Of a stretch of DNA of 64,000 nucleotides, positions 27,900 through 37,596 are shown in pieces. Source of the stretch: Anaerolineae bacterium. GTDB lineage: Bacteria; Chloroflexota; Anaerolineae; UBA1429. Numbering within the stretch: the first letter of the stretch is position 1; each line of letters starts with the position of its first letter. Both the position numbers and the translations under genes were made by a program. The stretch lies in assembly GCA_040768165.1 (NCBI GenBank), contig JAXGNH010000003.1:290641-354640 (forward strand), in the 5' to 3' direction. Under the pieces are notes generated by a model, which had not been told where the DNA came from, did no database searches, and saw nothing but the letters and a program-made list of their open reading frames with translations.

Positions 27900-28886
27900 T
27901 CAAGCATCACCATGGCCCCGCGCGCAGGGCTGTGACGCTACTCCCGGGGCGGGACGCATGGTGGCCGCCTCATCGATAGCGTTCAGCATCTCCGCCTCGG
28001 TCTCGGGCGTGACGAGGCGACGCCGCAGGGCGGCGGCCTCGTCCAGCGCCTGGACATAGCGCACGGCGTGCTTGCGGAACAGGGTGACGCCGATCTGCTC
28101 CCCATAGAAGGCCACCATCGCCGCCAGGTGTTGGCGCATCACCGCGGCGCGCTCCTCCGGCGGCACCGTCTCGACGTCTCGCCGCCGAAAGATCCACGGG
28201 TTCCCGACGCCGCCGCGGCCGATCATCACCGCCTGGCATCCGGTGGCGGCCTTGATGGCGTCGATGTCGGCTACCGTGCGCACGTCGCCGTTGGCGATCA
28301 CGGGGATGCCGACCGACGCCCTGACCTCGGCGATGGCGGCCCAGTCGGCGCACCCACTGAAGCCCTGCTCGCGGGTACGTCCGTGCACGGCGATAGCGGC
28401 CACGCCGCTCTCCTCCAAGACGCGCGCCACCTCGAGATAGTTCCGCGAGGCGTCGTCCCAGCCGAGGCGGATCTTGACCGTTACAGGCACCGGCAACGCC
28501 TGCACCAGCGCCGCCGCCAGCCGACCGAGGCGTTCCGGCTCGAGGAGCAGGGCGGCGCCGCGCCCCTTACCCGCTACCTTGCGCACCGGGCAGCCGGCGT
28601 TGAGGTCGATGATGTCGGGCCGCTGCGCCATCAGCTTGTGCGCCGCGGCCAGCAGGCGCGGCTCTTCCTTGGCCAGCAACTGCATCGCCACCGGACGCTC
28701 ATCATCCGAGAAGGCGGCGTTCCGCGCCGCGTGGCGCGGCGCATACACCACCGCGTCGTCAGGCAGCAGGGGGGTGTAGCTCAACGCCGAGCCGAAGGCG
28801 CGGCACAGCGAGCGGAACGGCACGTCCGAGTAGCCCGCCATGGGCGCCAGGATGAGGTCTCCGTGGACTGGGACGGAGCCGATCAT
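27900..28886 (-). CDS. tRNA-dihydrouridine synthase
   Basis: LAPMAGYSDVPFR, DLNAGCPV, TVKIRLGWD, AVHGRTREQ. The ORF extends to 28967, but the ATG at 28884-28886 is the likeliest start. Confidence 0.8.
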   Translation of the reverse strand: MIGSVPVHGDLILAPMAGYSDVPFRSLCRAFGSALSYTPLLPDDAVVYAPRHAARNAAFSDDERPVAMQLLAKEEPRLLAAAHKLMAQRPDIIDLNAGCPVRKVAGKGRGAALLLEPERLGRLAAALVQALPVPVTVKIRLGWDDASRNYLEVARVLEESGVAAIAVHGRTREQGFSGCADWAAIAEVRASVGIPVIANGDVRTVADIDAIKAATGCQAVMIGRGGVGNPWIFRRRDVETVPPEERAAVMRQHLAAMVAFYGEQIGVTLFRKHAVRYVQALDEAAALRRRLVTPETEAEMLNAIDEAATMRPAPGVASQPCARGHGDA

Positions 28887-28977
28887 CAACGTGGGAGGCG
28901 GTGGGTTCACAATGGATACGCTTTCCAGTTGCCAGTTCGGTGTTATGCGTTGTGCGTTCGGCATCACCGGCCGGCTA

Positions 28978-29053
28978 GAGGTAACAGATGGCAGGTCACA
29001 GGCTCAAGCACCACCGAACGCTCGAGCCTGTGACCTGCCACCTGAAACCTGAC
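28978..29053 (+). repeat. Heptamer-hairpin repeat element, family A, copy 2
   Basis: GGTAACAGATGGCAGGTCACAGGCTC, then loop …CGCTCGAGC, then CTGTGACCTGCCACCTGAAACC. Confidence 0.65.
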
Positions 29054-29089
29054 ACGCGATGGGCCAGCAACGCACAACGCGCGAAGCGC

Positions 29090-30241
29090 CTAGCGGACGG
29101 TGCGGCGGCCGCCGCCCTCGACGTACGTCTTGAGCAGCGCCTGAACCTCGTCCTTGGTGACGATGGGCAGGTCGAACATGAGCGTCTGCTTCAGGCAGGT
29201 AAAGGCGTCGCCCACCAGCACGCCCTTGCGCAGCCCCTCGCCGGTGTTTTCGGCGGATAGCAGGCCATAGTAAAAGCCGGCGTTCCAGGTGTCGCCGCCA
29301 CCCAGTCGGTCCCACAGCACGATGGACCGCACAGCGGGCGACCGGAAAAAGTTGCCGTCGACGTCCATGGCGGCCGATTCCCAGCGGTGCTGCTCAAAGC
29401 TGTCGGGGTAACGGATCGTCACCGCGACGACCTTGGTGTCGAACCGCTTGTGGATGTCGCCCATGAACGCCTTCAGGTCGTCGTCCTCGATGTGGCCGAA
29501 ATCGCCCTTGACGATCTGGTCGGCGCTGTACTGCCCCGCGCCCATGCCGTACAGCTGGGCCATATCCTCGATGGTGGTGATGAGATAGTCCACGTGATCG
29601 TGGAGGATGGGCGTCATCGCCTCCACGGCCTGCGCCTGGGACCAGAGGGTGGAGCGGTAGTTAAAATCGAGGCCGACCATGCAGCCCTCGGGCTTGGCCG
29701 CCATCGCCTCGTAGAAGGCCTCCAGACAATAGTTCTTGTCGTAGCCGCTGTGGTTGAACAGGCCAAAGGTGATGCCGGAGGTGTGGAACAGGCGGGCGTC
29801 CTTCAGGGCGGCGGCCCAATCCACCATGCCCGTGCCCAGCTTGCTGGCGGCCGAGTACATGCGCTGGTACCACCCCGTGGTGGGGCGCGGCGTGCGGCCG
29901 AGTTCGTACAGGTAGCGGCCGATCGGCTCCGTCTTGGGCGCCCACACGATGTGGTCGGTGTTGATCCCCTGCTCGCGGGCGATGTCGCGCACCGCCCAGC
30001 CGTAGGGGTTGTTGGGCACACGGGTGATGAACGATGACGGGATGCCGAGGCGGCTCAGCCCCATGGCGAGGGTATACTCGCTCCCCGCCATAGAAAGACG
30101 AACGAGGCGCGTGCGCTCGATGCGCTCGTCGTCGGCGGGCGTGTCGCGCACCATCACTTCGCCAAAGGTCACAAAGGCGGGGCCCTTGCCTTCGAACGAC
30201 GACAGATCGTCCGTTACGATGTTCAAAGGTGTACTTGCCAT
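29090..30241 (-). CDS. PfkB-family carbohydrate kinase (ribokinase superfamily)
   Basis: LGGGDTWNAGFYYGLL (DTxGAxD-type motif) and an N-terminal GG-containing nucleoside-binding region. 383 aa. Confidence 0.75.
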   Translation of the reverse strand: MASTPLNIVTDDLSSFEGKGPAFVTFGEVMVRDTPADDERIERTRLVRLSMAGSEYTLAMGLSRLGIPSSFITRVPNNPYGWAVRDIAREQGINTDHIVWAPKTEPIGRYLYELGRTPRPTTGWYQRMYSAASKLGTGMVDWAAALKDARLFHTSGITFGLFNHSGYDKNYCLEAFYEAMAAKPEGCMVGLDFNYRSTLWSQAQAVEAMTPILHDHVDYLITTIEDMAQLYGMGAGQYSADQIVKGDFGHIEDDDLKAFMGDIHKRFDTKVVAVTIRYPDSFEQHRWESAAMDVDGNFFRSPAVRSIVLWDRLGGGDTWNAGFYYGLLSAENTGEGLRKGVLVGDAFTCLKQTLMFDLPIVTKDEVQALLKTYVEGGGRRTVR

Positions 30242-30359
30242 GGAACTCGTCCTCCTGCACAGGGTAAACGCTCATTCGCCAGTGTAGCCCGAGGACCCGG
30301 CGCGGTCAAGCGCGGTATTGCCGCCCATCATGTCACTCGAATGACGACTACTCACAGAA

Positions 30360-30394
30360 CAAGCCCGCTGATTTCCAGCGGGCTTGTCTTTTCC
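30360..30394. terminator. Bidirectional intrinsic-terminator-like hairpin in a low-GC spacer
   Basis: CAAGCCCGCTG-atttc-CAGCGGGCTTG followed by TCTTTTCC on + and TTCTGTG on -. Lies 3' of the GNAT gene. Confidence 0.45.
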
Positions 30395-30503
30395 AATCAC
30401 AGACTAAGCGATTACCACATCAGCACTCACGCACAGCGACGGGTATGCTACTGGTGTGCGCCTTTGGGAATCTAGGCGAGCACGCATAATGCGTGATAGT
30501 TGC

Positions 30504-31094
30504 TCATCCTAGTGACTTTCGCATCACATACTTGTCTTCTGTCTCGTGACACACGACGAAACCGCTCTCTAGGTACAATGCAGCAGGGCCCATAAAGTCC
30601 TCGGCCGGATTCACGAATGCCTTGTTTGGGTAGGCTTCCACAAAATCAAAGCCGTCTTGCGCCGCATCTTGGCAGACGCGTTCCAGAAGCTGCTTGGCAA
30701 CACCCTTTCTTCGCATCTGGGGTGCAATCGCAAAGCAGAATACGGACTTGACCTTTATGTCTGGAGTGGTCTGTTCTGTAGGGATCGAACTCATGAACCG
30801 GCGCCAGGAGTAGCAGTGCAAGCAGTCCGATTTCGTGTTGGCGTTACACCACCCCACAACCTCATCGTCACAGTAGGCAAGATACCCTTGTATGTTGTTG
30901 CCCTTGACATACTTGAGCGCGTAATCTCGCCTTTTTTGTGCTGATGAATAGTCCTTGCCCTCCGAATCATCATTGCACCAGCACACACAGTAGCATTTGT
31001 GATCATCTACGTTGTCAGAGTGTGGTGTCCTGTCAAAGAACCGAACATAGTCTTCCGCAAGGTCTGGCACCAGTCGGCGGATCTCGATGTGCAT
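30504..31094 (-). CDS. GNAT-family N-acetyltransferase, Cys-rich, inside a low-GC island
   Basis: GNAT motif A RRKGVAKQLL. Unusual Cys cluster HKCYCVCWCNDD. ATG at 31092-31094. Local GC is clearly below the surroundings. Confidence 0.75.
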   Translation of the reverse strand: MHIEIRRLVPDLAEDYVRFFDRTPHSDNVDDHKCYCVCWCNDDSEGKDYSSAQKRRDYALKYVKGNNIQGYLAYCDDEVVGWCNANTKSDCLHCYSWRRFMSSIPTEQTTPDIKVKSVFCFAIAPQMRRKGVAKQLLERVCQDAAQDGFDFVEAYPNKAFVNPAEDFMGPAALYLESGFVVCHETEDKYVMRKSLG

Positions 31095-31280
31095 GGTTGT
31101 CACCCCCGTATGCCGGTTCGCCCTTCCCAGGGGCACAGAAACCACCGCTTGGGCGTCAGCTCCCCCTCCTGCCTTCTCCCCGCGGGGTACCGGGGAGAGG
31201 GCCGCGCGGCGCGGCGTGCCTGCTCTCTCTCCCGGTACTCCGAGGCCTCAGTACACTGAGGCAATGGTTCGAGGAAGGGG

Positions 31281-32720
31281 CTAGTCCTCTGGATCCGGAC
31301 CACTCTCCGGCTGCGGCTCCGCCTGTCCGTTCGACACCTTGCCCAGGTACTCGGGCAACTCGAGTCCGGCGATCTTGGCCAGTTCGTGCATGGGCGGGAT
31401 GATGCCCACAAAGCGCCGGCCCAGGTCGGCCAGGCCGCCGTTGCCGCTGCCGCCGTCCCAGACGATCACCTTCTCCAGCGGCAGCTTTTGGATGGCCTGC
31501 GCCTGCACGTTGGCCATCTCGACGAGCCGCTCGATCATCAGGAAGGAGGCCGCCTCGCTGGCGCTGTTGCACGCCTTGACGAGGTCCTGGTAGCCCCGCG
31601 CCTTGGCTTCGAGGATAGCGTGGGTGCCCTCCGCCTCGGCCTGCATCCGCGCCAGGATGGCCTGCGCCTCACCTTGAGCGATGCGCACCCGGCGCTCGCG
31701 CTCGGCGTCGGCGTCGATGAGGACCTGCTCCTTGGCGGCGCCGGCGGGCACCACCACCTCGGCCTGGAGTCGCGCCTGCTCGCGCTCGGCGCGGGCCAGT
31801 TCGGCGTCACGCTGGGCGCGCTCCTCGGCCACCCGGATGGCGCCGTCGGCTGTGCGGGCCGCCTCTTGCGCCTTCTGGCGGGCGTTCTCCTGGGCGACCT
31901 GCATGCTCGCCCGGTAGGCGGCCATCTTGGCCTCGTTCTCCGCCTCAGCCTCCACAGCTTGGGCATTGAGCTGCGAAACCATGCGGCGCTGGTCGCGGTC
32001 CGCCTCTTTCTCGCCGATGGTGGCGGCCGCCTCGGCCGCGGCCACGGACCGCCGTCGATCGCGCTCGCGCTCGGCGACGCCCGTCTTGCCGATGCGTTCC
32101 TGCTCGGCCACGTCTACCAGGGCCTGGTTCACCGCCTCGGCGGCCGCCTTCTTGCCGAGGGCCGCGATGTAGCCGCTCTCGTCCTCGATGTCGCGGATGT
32201 TCACGTTGATGGCTGTGAGGCCGACCTTTTCCAGCTCGGTGGAGACGGCCTCGTTCACCTTGCCCATGAACATCTGCCGGTCTCGGTTGATGTCCTCAAT
32301 GGCCAGGGTGGCGATGACGGCGCGCATCTGGCCCAAGATGATGTCCTGCGCCTGACTCTTGATCTGCTCCGGAGACAGCCCCAGCAGGCGGATGGCGGCG
32401 TTCTGCATCAGGCCTGGTTCCGTCGAGATCGCCGCCGTGACGGTGGTGGGCACCGAGACGCGGATGTTCTCCTGGGAGAGGGCATTGCCCAGGTCGATGG
32501 GCACCACGAACGGCTCCAGGTCCAGGTAGTCATAGTCCTGCACCAGCGGCCACACGAAGGCGGCGCCGCCGTGGATCGTCTTGGCCGCCCCGGCGCCCGT
32601 CTTGCCATAGATCACCAGGATCTTGTTGGAGGGGCAGCGCTTGTAGCGGCCGACCAGCGTCATGAACAGGCCGATGACGATCAGCGCCAGGATGAAGGAA
32701 AGGACCAGTGTTGGGGGCAT
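31281..32720 (-). CDS. Flotillin / SPFH (band 7) domain protein
   Basis: N-terminal TM, SPFH domain, long Ala/Glu-rich coiled coil (EAEAENEAKMAAYRA…). ATG at 32718-32720. Confidence 0.85.
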   Translation of the reverse strand: MPPTLVLSFILALIVIGLFMTLVGRYKRCPSNKILVIYGKTGAGAAKTIHGGAAFVWPLVQDYDYLDLEPFVVPIDLGNALSQENIRVSVPTTVTAAISTEPGLMQNAAIRLLGLSPEQIKSQAQDIILGQMRAVIATLAIEDINRDRQMFMGKVNEAVSTELEKVGLTAINVNIRDIEDESGYIAALGKKAAAEAVNQALVDVAEQERIGKTGVAERERDRRRSVAAAEAAATIGEKEADRDQRRMVSQLNAQAVEAEAENEAKMAAYRASMQVAQENARQKAQEAARTADGAIRVAEERAQRDAELARAEREQARLQAEVVVPAGAAKEQVLIDADAERERRVRIAQGEAQAILARMQAEAEGTHAILEAKARGYQDLVKACNSASEAASFLMIERLVEMANVQAQAIQKLPLEKVIVWDGGSGNGGLADLGRRFVGIIPPMHELAKIAGLELPEYLGKVSNGQAEPQPESGPDPED

Positions 32721-32736
32721 AGCGGGTTCTCCTCGT

Positions 32737-33387
32737 TCAGGCCTCGACCGGCTCGACCTCGATGGTGGAGCCGTCCAGCCTGCCAATGACGCGCACCCCC
32801 GTTCCGGCCGGCAGATAGCGGCCGTCGCGCGAGCGCGCCCGAACGAAACTCACGGTGCCACTCACGAGCACCTTCACCTGGCCGGCGCCGCCCTCCGCGA
32901 TATCCAGGTAGACGGTGCCGACCTGGCCGACGGCGGTGTCGAGGTTGGCGGTGCCCTCCTCGGTAAGGCGCGGCAGGAGCCAGAAAAAGAGCGCCACCGT
33001 CACCATCCCCGCCAGGCCCCAGAGGAGGGCGCGAAGGAGGGCCAACCCGGGAAAGAGGGAGCGCTGCAGATAGAGCGCCCCCGCCCAGCTAAAGAGCGTG
33101 CCAAAGGCCAAGATGGAGCGGATCGACAGCAACCGGAACGTGGCGACGCTCTCCGAGTCCTGGTCAAAGTCGTCGCCGTCCACGTCGTCCACCCCGGCGT
33201 CGCCCTCCACCGCGTCCGGCGCGTCGACGTCGTCCACCGAGGCGTCGACATCGTCGATACCTGCCTCGGTCTCGCCCAGGGCGCTGAAGGAGGAGACCAA
33301 CTGCCAGGCAAAGAGGGCGCTAAAGAACACCGCCAACGCATAGAACGTCTGGTTCAGCGACGACAAGCTCGCCCACCAGGCTGCCAT
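32737..33387 (-). CDS. NfeD-family membrane protein (flotillin partner)
   Basis: Acidic Asp/Val repeats, TM helices, C-terminal OB-fold-like segment. It is the upstream gene of the flotillin pair. Confidence 0.65.
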   Translation of the reverse strand: MAAWWASLSSLNQTFYALAVFFSALFAWQLVSSFSALGETEAGIDDVDASVDDVDAPDAVEGDAGVDDVDGDDFDQDSESVATFRLLSIRSILAFGTLFSWAGALYLQRSLFPGLALLRALLWGLAGMVTVALFFWLLPRLTEEGTANLDTAVGQVGTVYLDIAEGGAGQVKVLVSGTVSFVRARSRDGRYLPAGTGVRVIGRLDGSTIEVEPVEA

Positions 33388-33496
33388 GATGCTCCTCCTC
33401 TCAAGGTGCGGGCCGGGTCGCTACCATTGTAGCACGTCCCCGGCCCCATCGACGCACAACCGGATGACAGAACGCCAACGGATCGCTGACGCTCTC

Positions 33497-34798
33497 CTAA
33501 CAGTACCGCGGCAGATAGTCGCCGTGCGCTTCGATGAGTTCGTCGCACAGCGATACGATCTGGTCGATGGTCAGTTCGGCGGCGGTGTGCGGGTCGAGCA
33601 GCGCCGCCTGGTAGATATGGTCCTTCTTGTGCGTGAGGGCCGCCTCGATGGTCAGTTCGTGCACGTTGACGTTGGTGCGGGTGAGCGCGGCGCACTGGGG
33701 CGGCAGATCGCCCACGTAGGTGGGGGTGACGCCGTTGCGATCGGCGATGCACATCACTTCGACACAGCAATCCGTCGGCAGGTTGGTGATGAGCCCCTTG
33801 TTGAGCACGTTGCCGCCAAAGGTGTAGGGCGTGCCGGTCAGTACCGCCTCAAAGATGTACGAGGCGTACTCGCGCCCGCGGGCGTGGTGCAGGGGCTTGT
33901 CCGCCAGCAGATCGGTCTTCATGGCGTTCCATCCGTCTATTTGACGGATGCAGCGGCGCGGATATTCGTCCAGCGGGATGTGAAAGCGCTCGATCAGCTC
34001 GGGGGCCGACGCCTTGATGAACCATGGGACGTACTCGGCGCTGTGCTCGCTCGACTCGGTGACATAATATCCGAACCGCTTCATCAGCTCGAACCGCACG
34101 GCGTCCTTGGCCTTGTACTCGGGTAGCTCTGCCCGGCGCTTGATCTCGGGGTAGAGGTCCTCGCCGTGTCGCGAGATCTCGAGCAGCCAGCCCTGATGGT
34201 TGATGCCGGCGATGCGCCACTGCAGGTCATCGTCGGGGAGGTCGAGTTCGCGGCACAGGTGGGTGGCGCACCCCTGCACGCTGTGGCACAGCCCCACGGT
34301 GCGGACGTCGGTCGCCTTGAGGATGGCGCCGGTCAGCATCGCCATGGGATTGCTGTAGTTGAGCAGCAGGGCCCCGGGTGCTACCTCCTCGAGGATGCGG
34401 CAGTAATCGAGCATCACCGGGATGGTGCGTAGGGCGCGAAAGATGCCGCCGATGCCTAGGGTGTCGGCGATGGTCTGGCGCAGGCCGTACTTTTTGGGCA
34501 CCTCAAAGTCGATGACGGTGCTCGGCTCGTAGCCGCCCACCTGGATGGCGTTGACGACGAAATCGGCGTCCGCCAAGGCCGTGGCGGCGTCGTCCGCCAG
34601 GTAGGCGTCGATGCGGGCGTCGGCGCCGAGGGTGCGGTTGATGTTCTCCAGCATGACCTTGGAGACGTGCAGCCGCTCGGGGTCGATGTCGATGAGGCGG
34701 ATGTGGGCGTCGCGCAGGCAGGGAACGTGGAGGCAGTCGCCCAGGACGTTTCGAGCAAAGATGGTGCTGCCGGCGCCGAGGAAGGCGATGTTGGCCAT
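33497..34798 (-). CDS. Glycoside hydrolase family 4 (NAD+/Mn2+-dependent alpha-glucosidase/galactosidase type)
   Basis: MANIAFLGAGSTIF Rossmann start, NYSNPMAM, GLCHSVQG. Confidence 0.85.
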   Translation of the reverse strand: MANIAFLGAGSTIFARNVLGDCLHVPCLRDAHIRLIDIDPERLHVSKVMLENINRTLGADARIDAYLADDAATALADADFVVNAIQVGGYEPSTVIDFEVPKKYGLRQTIADTLGIGGIFRALRTIPVMLDYCRILEEVAPGALLLNYSNPMAMLTGAILKATDVRTVGLCHSVQGCATHLCRELDLPDDDLQWRIAGINHQGWLLEISRHGEDLYPEIKRRAELPEYKAKDAVRFELMKRFGYYVTESSEHSAEYVPWFIKASAPELIERFHIPLDEYPRRCIRQIDGWNAMKTDLLADKPLHHARGREYASYIFEAVLTGTPYTFGGNVLNKGLITNLPTDCCVEVMCIADRNGVTPTYVGDLPPQCAALTRTNVNVHELTIEAALTHKKDHIYQAALLDPHTAAELTIDQIVSLCDELIEAHGDYLPRYC

Positions 34799-34994
34799 GG
34801 CAACCTCACAGTTGACTGGTGGGTGTAGACGGTAGTCGGCTCTCGGCCGTCGGCGGTCAGCCGTCGGCCGATGGCGTCGAGGCCATTCTAGCGGCGGGGG
34901 GAGCGGGCGTCAAAACCGAGTTGCGCCGTCTATCGAACGTTCCACGATGTACACGCTCCTAGGCTATCTCGATGCCATGGGGCGACGGCCGCGC

Positions 34995-36395
34995 TCAGGG
35001 GACTCGGTCGGCGGCCGCGGTAGCGAGTTCTCCGGACAGTGTGGCGGTCCGCTGCTGCCACGCCGCGGGGCGGAAGCGCCACCCGAGCAGGATACAGCGT
35101 ACGAGCCAGTCGAGCATCATCGACGCCTGCACGCCGGCCAGCCCGAGGTCAAAGACGGTCACCGCCAGCACCGCCAGGGGCACGCGCACGCACCAGGAGC
35201 CGATGCCGGTGATGGTCATGGGCGAACGGGTGTCGCCGGCGCCGCGCAGCCCGCCCGACAAGCTGAACGCGATGGCCATGAGGGGCTGGGCAAAGGCCAC
35301 CACCCTCAGCGGCGCGATCCCCTGCGCGATGACGTCGGGCTCCTGGGTAAAGCGCTCCAGCAGAAACCGCGGCATGGTGAATGAGAGGGTGGCGCAGACG
35401 GCGGCGAGGCAGAGGGCGAGTTGTAGGGAGGCGAACACGCTGCGCCGCGCCCGGGCAGGATCGCCGGCACCGATCGCCTGCCCGCTGAGAGTGGTCGAGG
35501 CGATGGCGAACCCCATGGCCGGCATCGAGTTGAGCGACTCGATGCGCTGCGCGATGATGTAGGCGGCATAGGCCACCGTGCCCAGGCTCGAGATGGAGCG
35601 CTGGTACGCCAGAAAGGCGCCGTGCATGAGTAAGCTCTCGCCGCCGGCAGGCAGCCCGATGCGGAGCAGGCTTGTCAGTACCTGGCGATCGGGGCGGTTG
35701 ACCAGGCGGCTCAGCCGCAGGCCCGCTCTGCCGCTCAGCAACGCCGCCAGCACCACCATACCGCCGGCAGCGGTTGATGTCGCCGCAGCGACGCCTGCGC
35801 CCGTGACGCCGAGTTCCGGGAGGGGGCCCACCCCACGGATCAGGCCGTACGATAGCAACAGGTTCAGGAGGTTCACACCCGACATCACGATCATGGGGGA
35901 GCGCGTGTCGCCCGAGCCGCGCAGGGCGGCATTGCCAACGAACATGAGCACCGAGAAGGGGAGGCTCGCGGCGATGCAGCGCAGGTAGGTGGCGCCCATG
36001 CCGACGGTCGCGCCCTCGGCGCCCATCAGCACGAGGGCGCCCCGCGCCAGGGGAAACAGGATGATCGCCACGAGCAGGCCGAGGCCGAGCGCCACCATGA
36101 CGGCCTGCTCCAAGAAGCGCTCCGCCAGTGGACGGTTGCCGGCGCCCACCGCCTGCGCCACCATTGCCGTGGTGCCGGTGCCCACTGCCGAGATAAAGAT
36201 GTGCGCCATGCCCGCGATGGTGCTCGACAGCCCCACCGCCGTCAGCGCCTCAGCGCCCAGGTGCCCGACGAGCATGGTGTTTACGATGCCGACCATGAGG
36301 GTCAGCAGTTGCTCTCCTACAGCGGGGAGCGCCAGGCGCACGACCTGTCGCCGCAGCGTCCCCGCCGCCGATTCGCCAACCATAGAAGGTGGCAC
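34995..36395 (-). CDS. MATE-family efflux transporter
   Basis: 12 TM helices, duplicated halves, RGSGDTRSPM / RGAGDTRSPM motifs. Confidence 0.85.
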   Translation of the reverse strand: MPPSMVGESAAGTLRRQVVRLALPAVGEQLLTLMVGIVNTMLVGHLGAEALTAVGLSSTIAGMAHIFISAVGTGTTAMVAQAVGAGNRPLAERFLEQAVMVALGLGLLVAIILFPLARGALVLMGAEGATVGMGATYLRCIAASLPFSVLMFVGNAALRGSGDTRSPMIVMSGVNLLNLLLSYGLIRGVGPLPELGVTGAGVAAATSTAAGGMVVLAALLSGRAGLRLSRLVNRPDRQVLTSLLRIGLPAGGESLLMHGAFLAYQRSISSLGTVAYAAYIIAQRIESLNSMPAMGFAIASTTLSGQAIGAGDPARARRSVFASLQLALCLAAVCATLSFTMPRFLLERFTQEPDVIAQGIAPLRVVAFAQPLMAIAFSLSGGLRGAGDTRSPMTITGIGSWCVRVPLAVLAVTVFDLGLAGVQASMMLDWLVRCILLGWRFRPAAWQQRTATLSGELATAAADRVP

Positions 36396-36413
36396 GCGCC
36401 GATACCTCCGGAC

Positions 36414-37376
36414 TCAGACTGGAAACGCCGCCGTGACGCCGCGTTGCACGGCCTCGGCGATCTCGAGGGAGCGCAGCGACGCCGCCAGGTCGGGGGCGGT
36501 TTTTTCGCCGCGCTGTAGACGGTGCACGAAATGGGCGCTCTCGCCATAGAACCCGCCGAGCACCTCGCGAGGCTCGTCGACGTCGTTCTGGAGGTACAGC
36601 GCCTCGCGACCGGCATCGTAGCAGCGCAGGAACCCCGGGTAGCGGGTGAGCCACCCGATGACGCCGTCCACCATCACCGTGCGTTCGCCGGCATGGGCGG
36701 TGTAGCGCTCCGACTGCATCCCCACCTGGGGCAGCATCTCCATGACGGCCCGGGCGCCGTTGGTATACGTCAGCGTGACGAGGGCGCCGCCGGCGGGGCA
36801 GGGGCGCGTCTCCACGGCGCAGACCTCGCCGCTCCCGAGGAAGCGCAGGGCGTCGAGGCCGTGCAGGCCGGTGCCGTAGCCAAAGTCGGGCTCGCCGCGA
36901 TGGTGGCGGTAGAACTGGCACGACAGGGCGGACGTCTCTCCCGCCTCGCGTAGCAGCGCCCTCATTCGCGCCAGGAGCGGCGCGTAGCGCCGGTTGAACG
37001 CCACCTGGTGCGGCGTGCCATGGGCTTGCGCGACCTCCAGCAGCGCGCGGGCTTGCGCGACGCTCGCCGCGGGAGGCTTTTCGATCATCGTTGGGACGCC
37101 CTGCGCCAGCAAGTAGGTCGCCGCCTCGGCGATGATCGCGGTGGGCAGGAGCAGCCACACGGCGTCGGGCGCCTCGCGGTCGAGCATCTCGCGATAGTCG
37201 GCGTAGCAGCGGCGGATGCCGTACTGCGCAGCCAAAGCCCCTGCCCGTCCCTCGTCGCAGTCGACGGCGGCCGCCAGCTCCACCGCCCCCTCGCGTTCCA
37301 GGCGCGCCAGGCTGGGCAGGTGGTACTCCCGGGCGATGAAACCCATCCCCACGACGGCGATGCGCAGCTTGTTCAT
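36414..37376 (-). CDS. Gfo/Idh/MocA-family oxidoreductase
   Basis: MNKLRIAVVGMGFIAREYH Rossmann motif, EKPPA. ATG at 37374-37376. Confidence 0.8.
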   Translation of the reverse strand: MNKLRIAVVGMGFIAREYHLPSLARLEREGAVELAAAVDCDEGRAGALAAQYGIRRCYADYREMLDREAPDAVWLLLPTAIIAEAATYLLAQGVPTMIEKPPAASVAQARALLEVAQAHGTPHQVAFNRRYAPLLARMRALLREAGETSALSCQFYRHHRGEPDFGYGTGLHGLDALRFLGSGEVCAVETRPCPAGGALVTLTYTNGARAVMEMLPQVGMQSERYTAHAGERTVMVDGVIGWLTRYPGFLRCYDAGREALYLQNDVDEPREVLGGFYGESAHFVHRLQRGEKTAPDLAASLRSLEIAEAVQRGVTAAFPV

Positions 37377-37596
37377 GCTCCCCCTCTCGTGCGACGGCGT
37401 CATGCGCCGGCGCGGCGCAAACAGAGAGCATTCTAGCACCGGCGAGCCATTCGCGCCAACGGGAGCAGAGGGGCCACGAACGCCGCGCAACGAGATCCGG
37501 GACACATCCTATCCGATTCCCCCACAAGCTTGCGCCGAGCCGCGGCGGTGACTATGATAGGTGGCGTTCCGTAGCAATAGACAGGAGTGAGAGACG

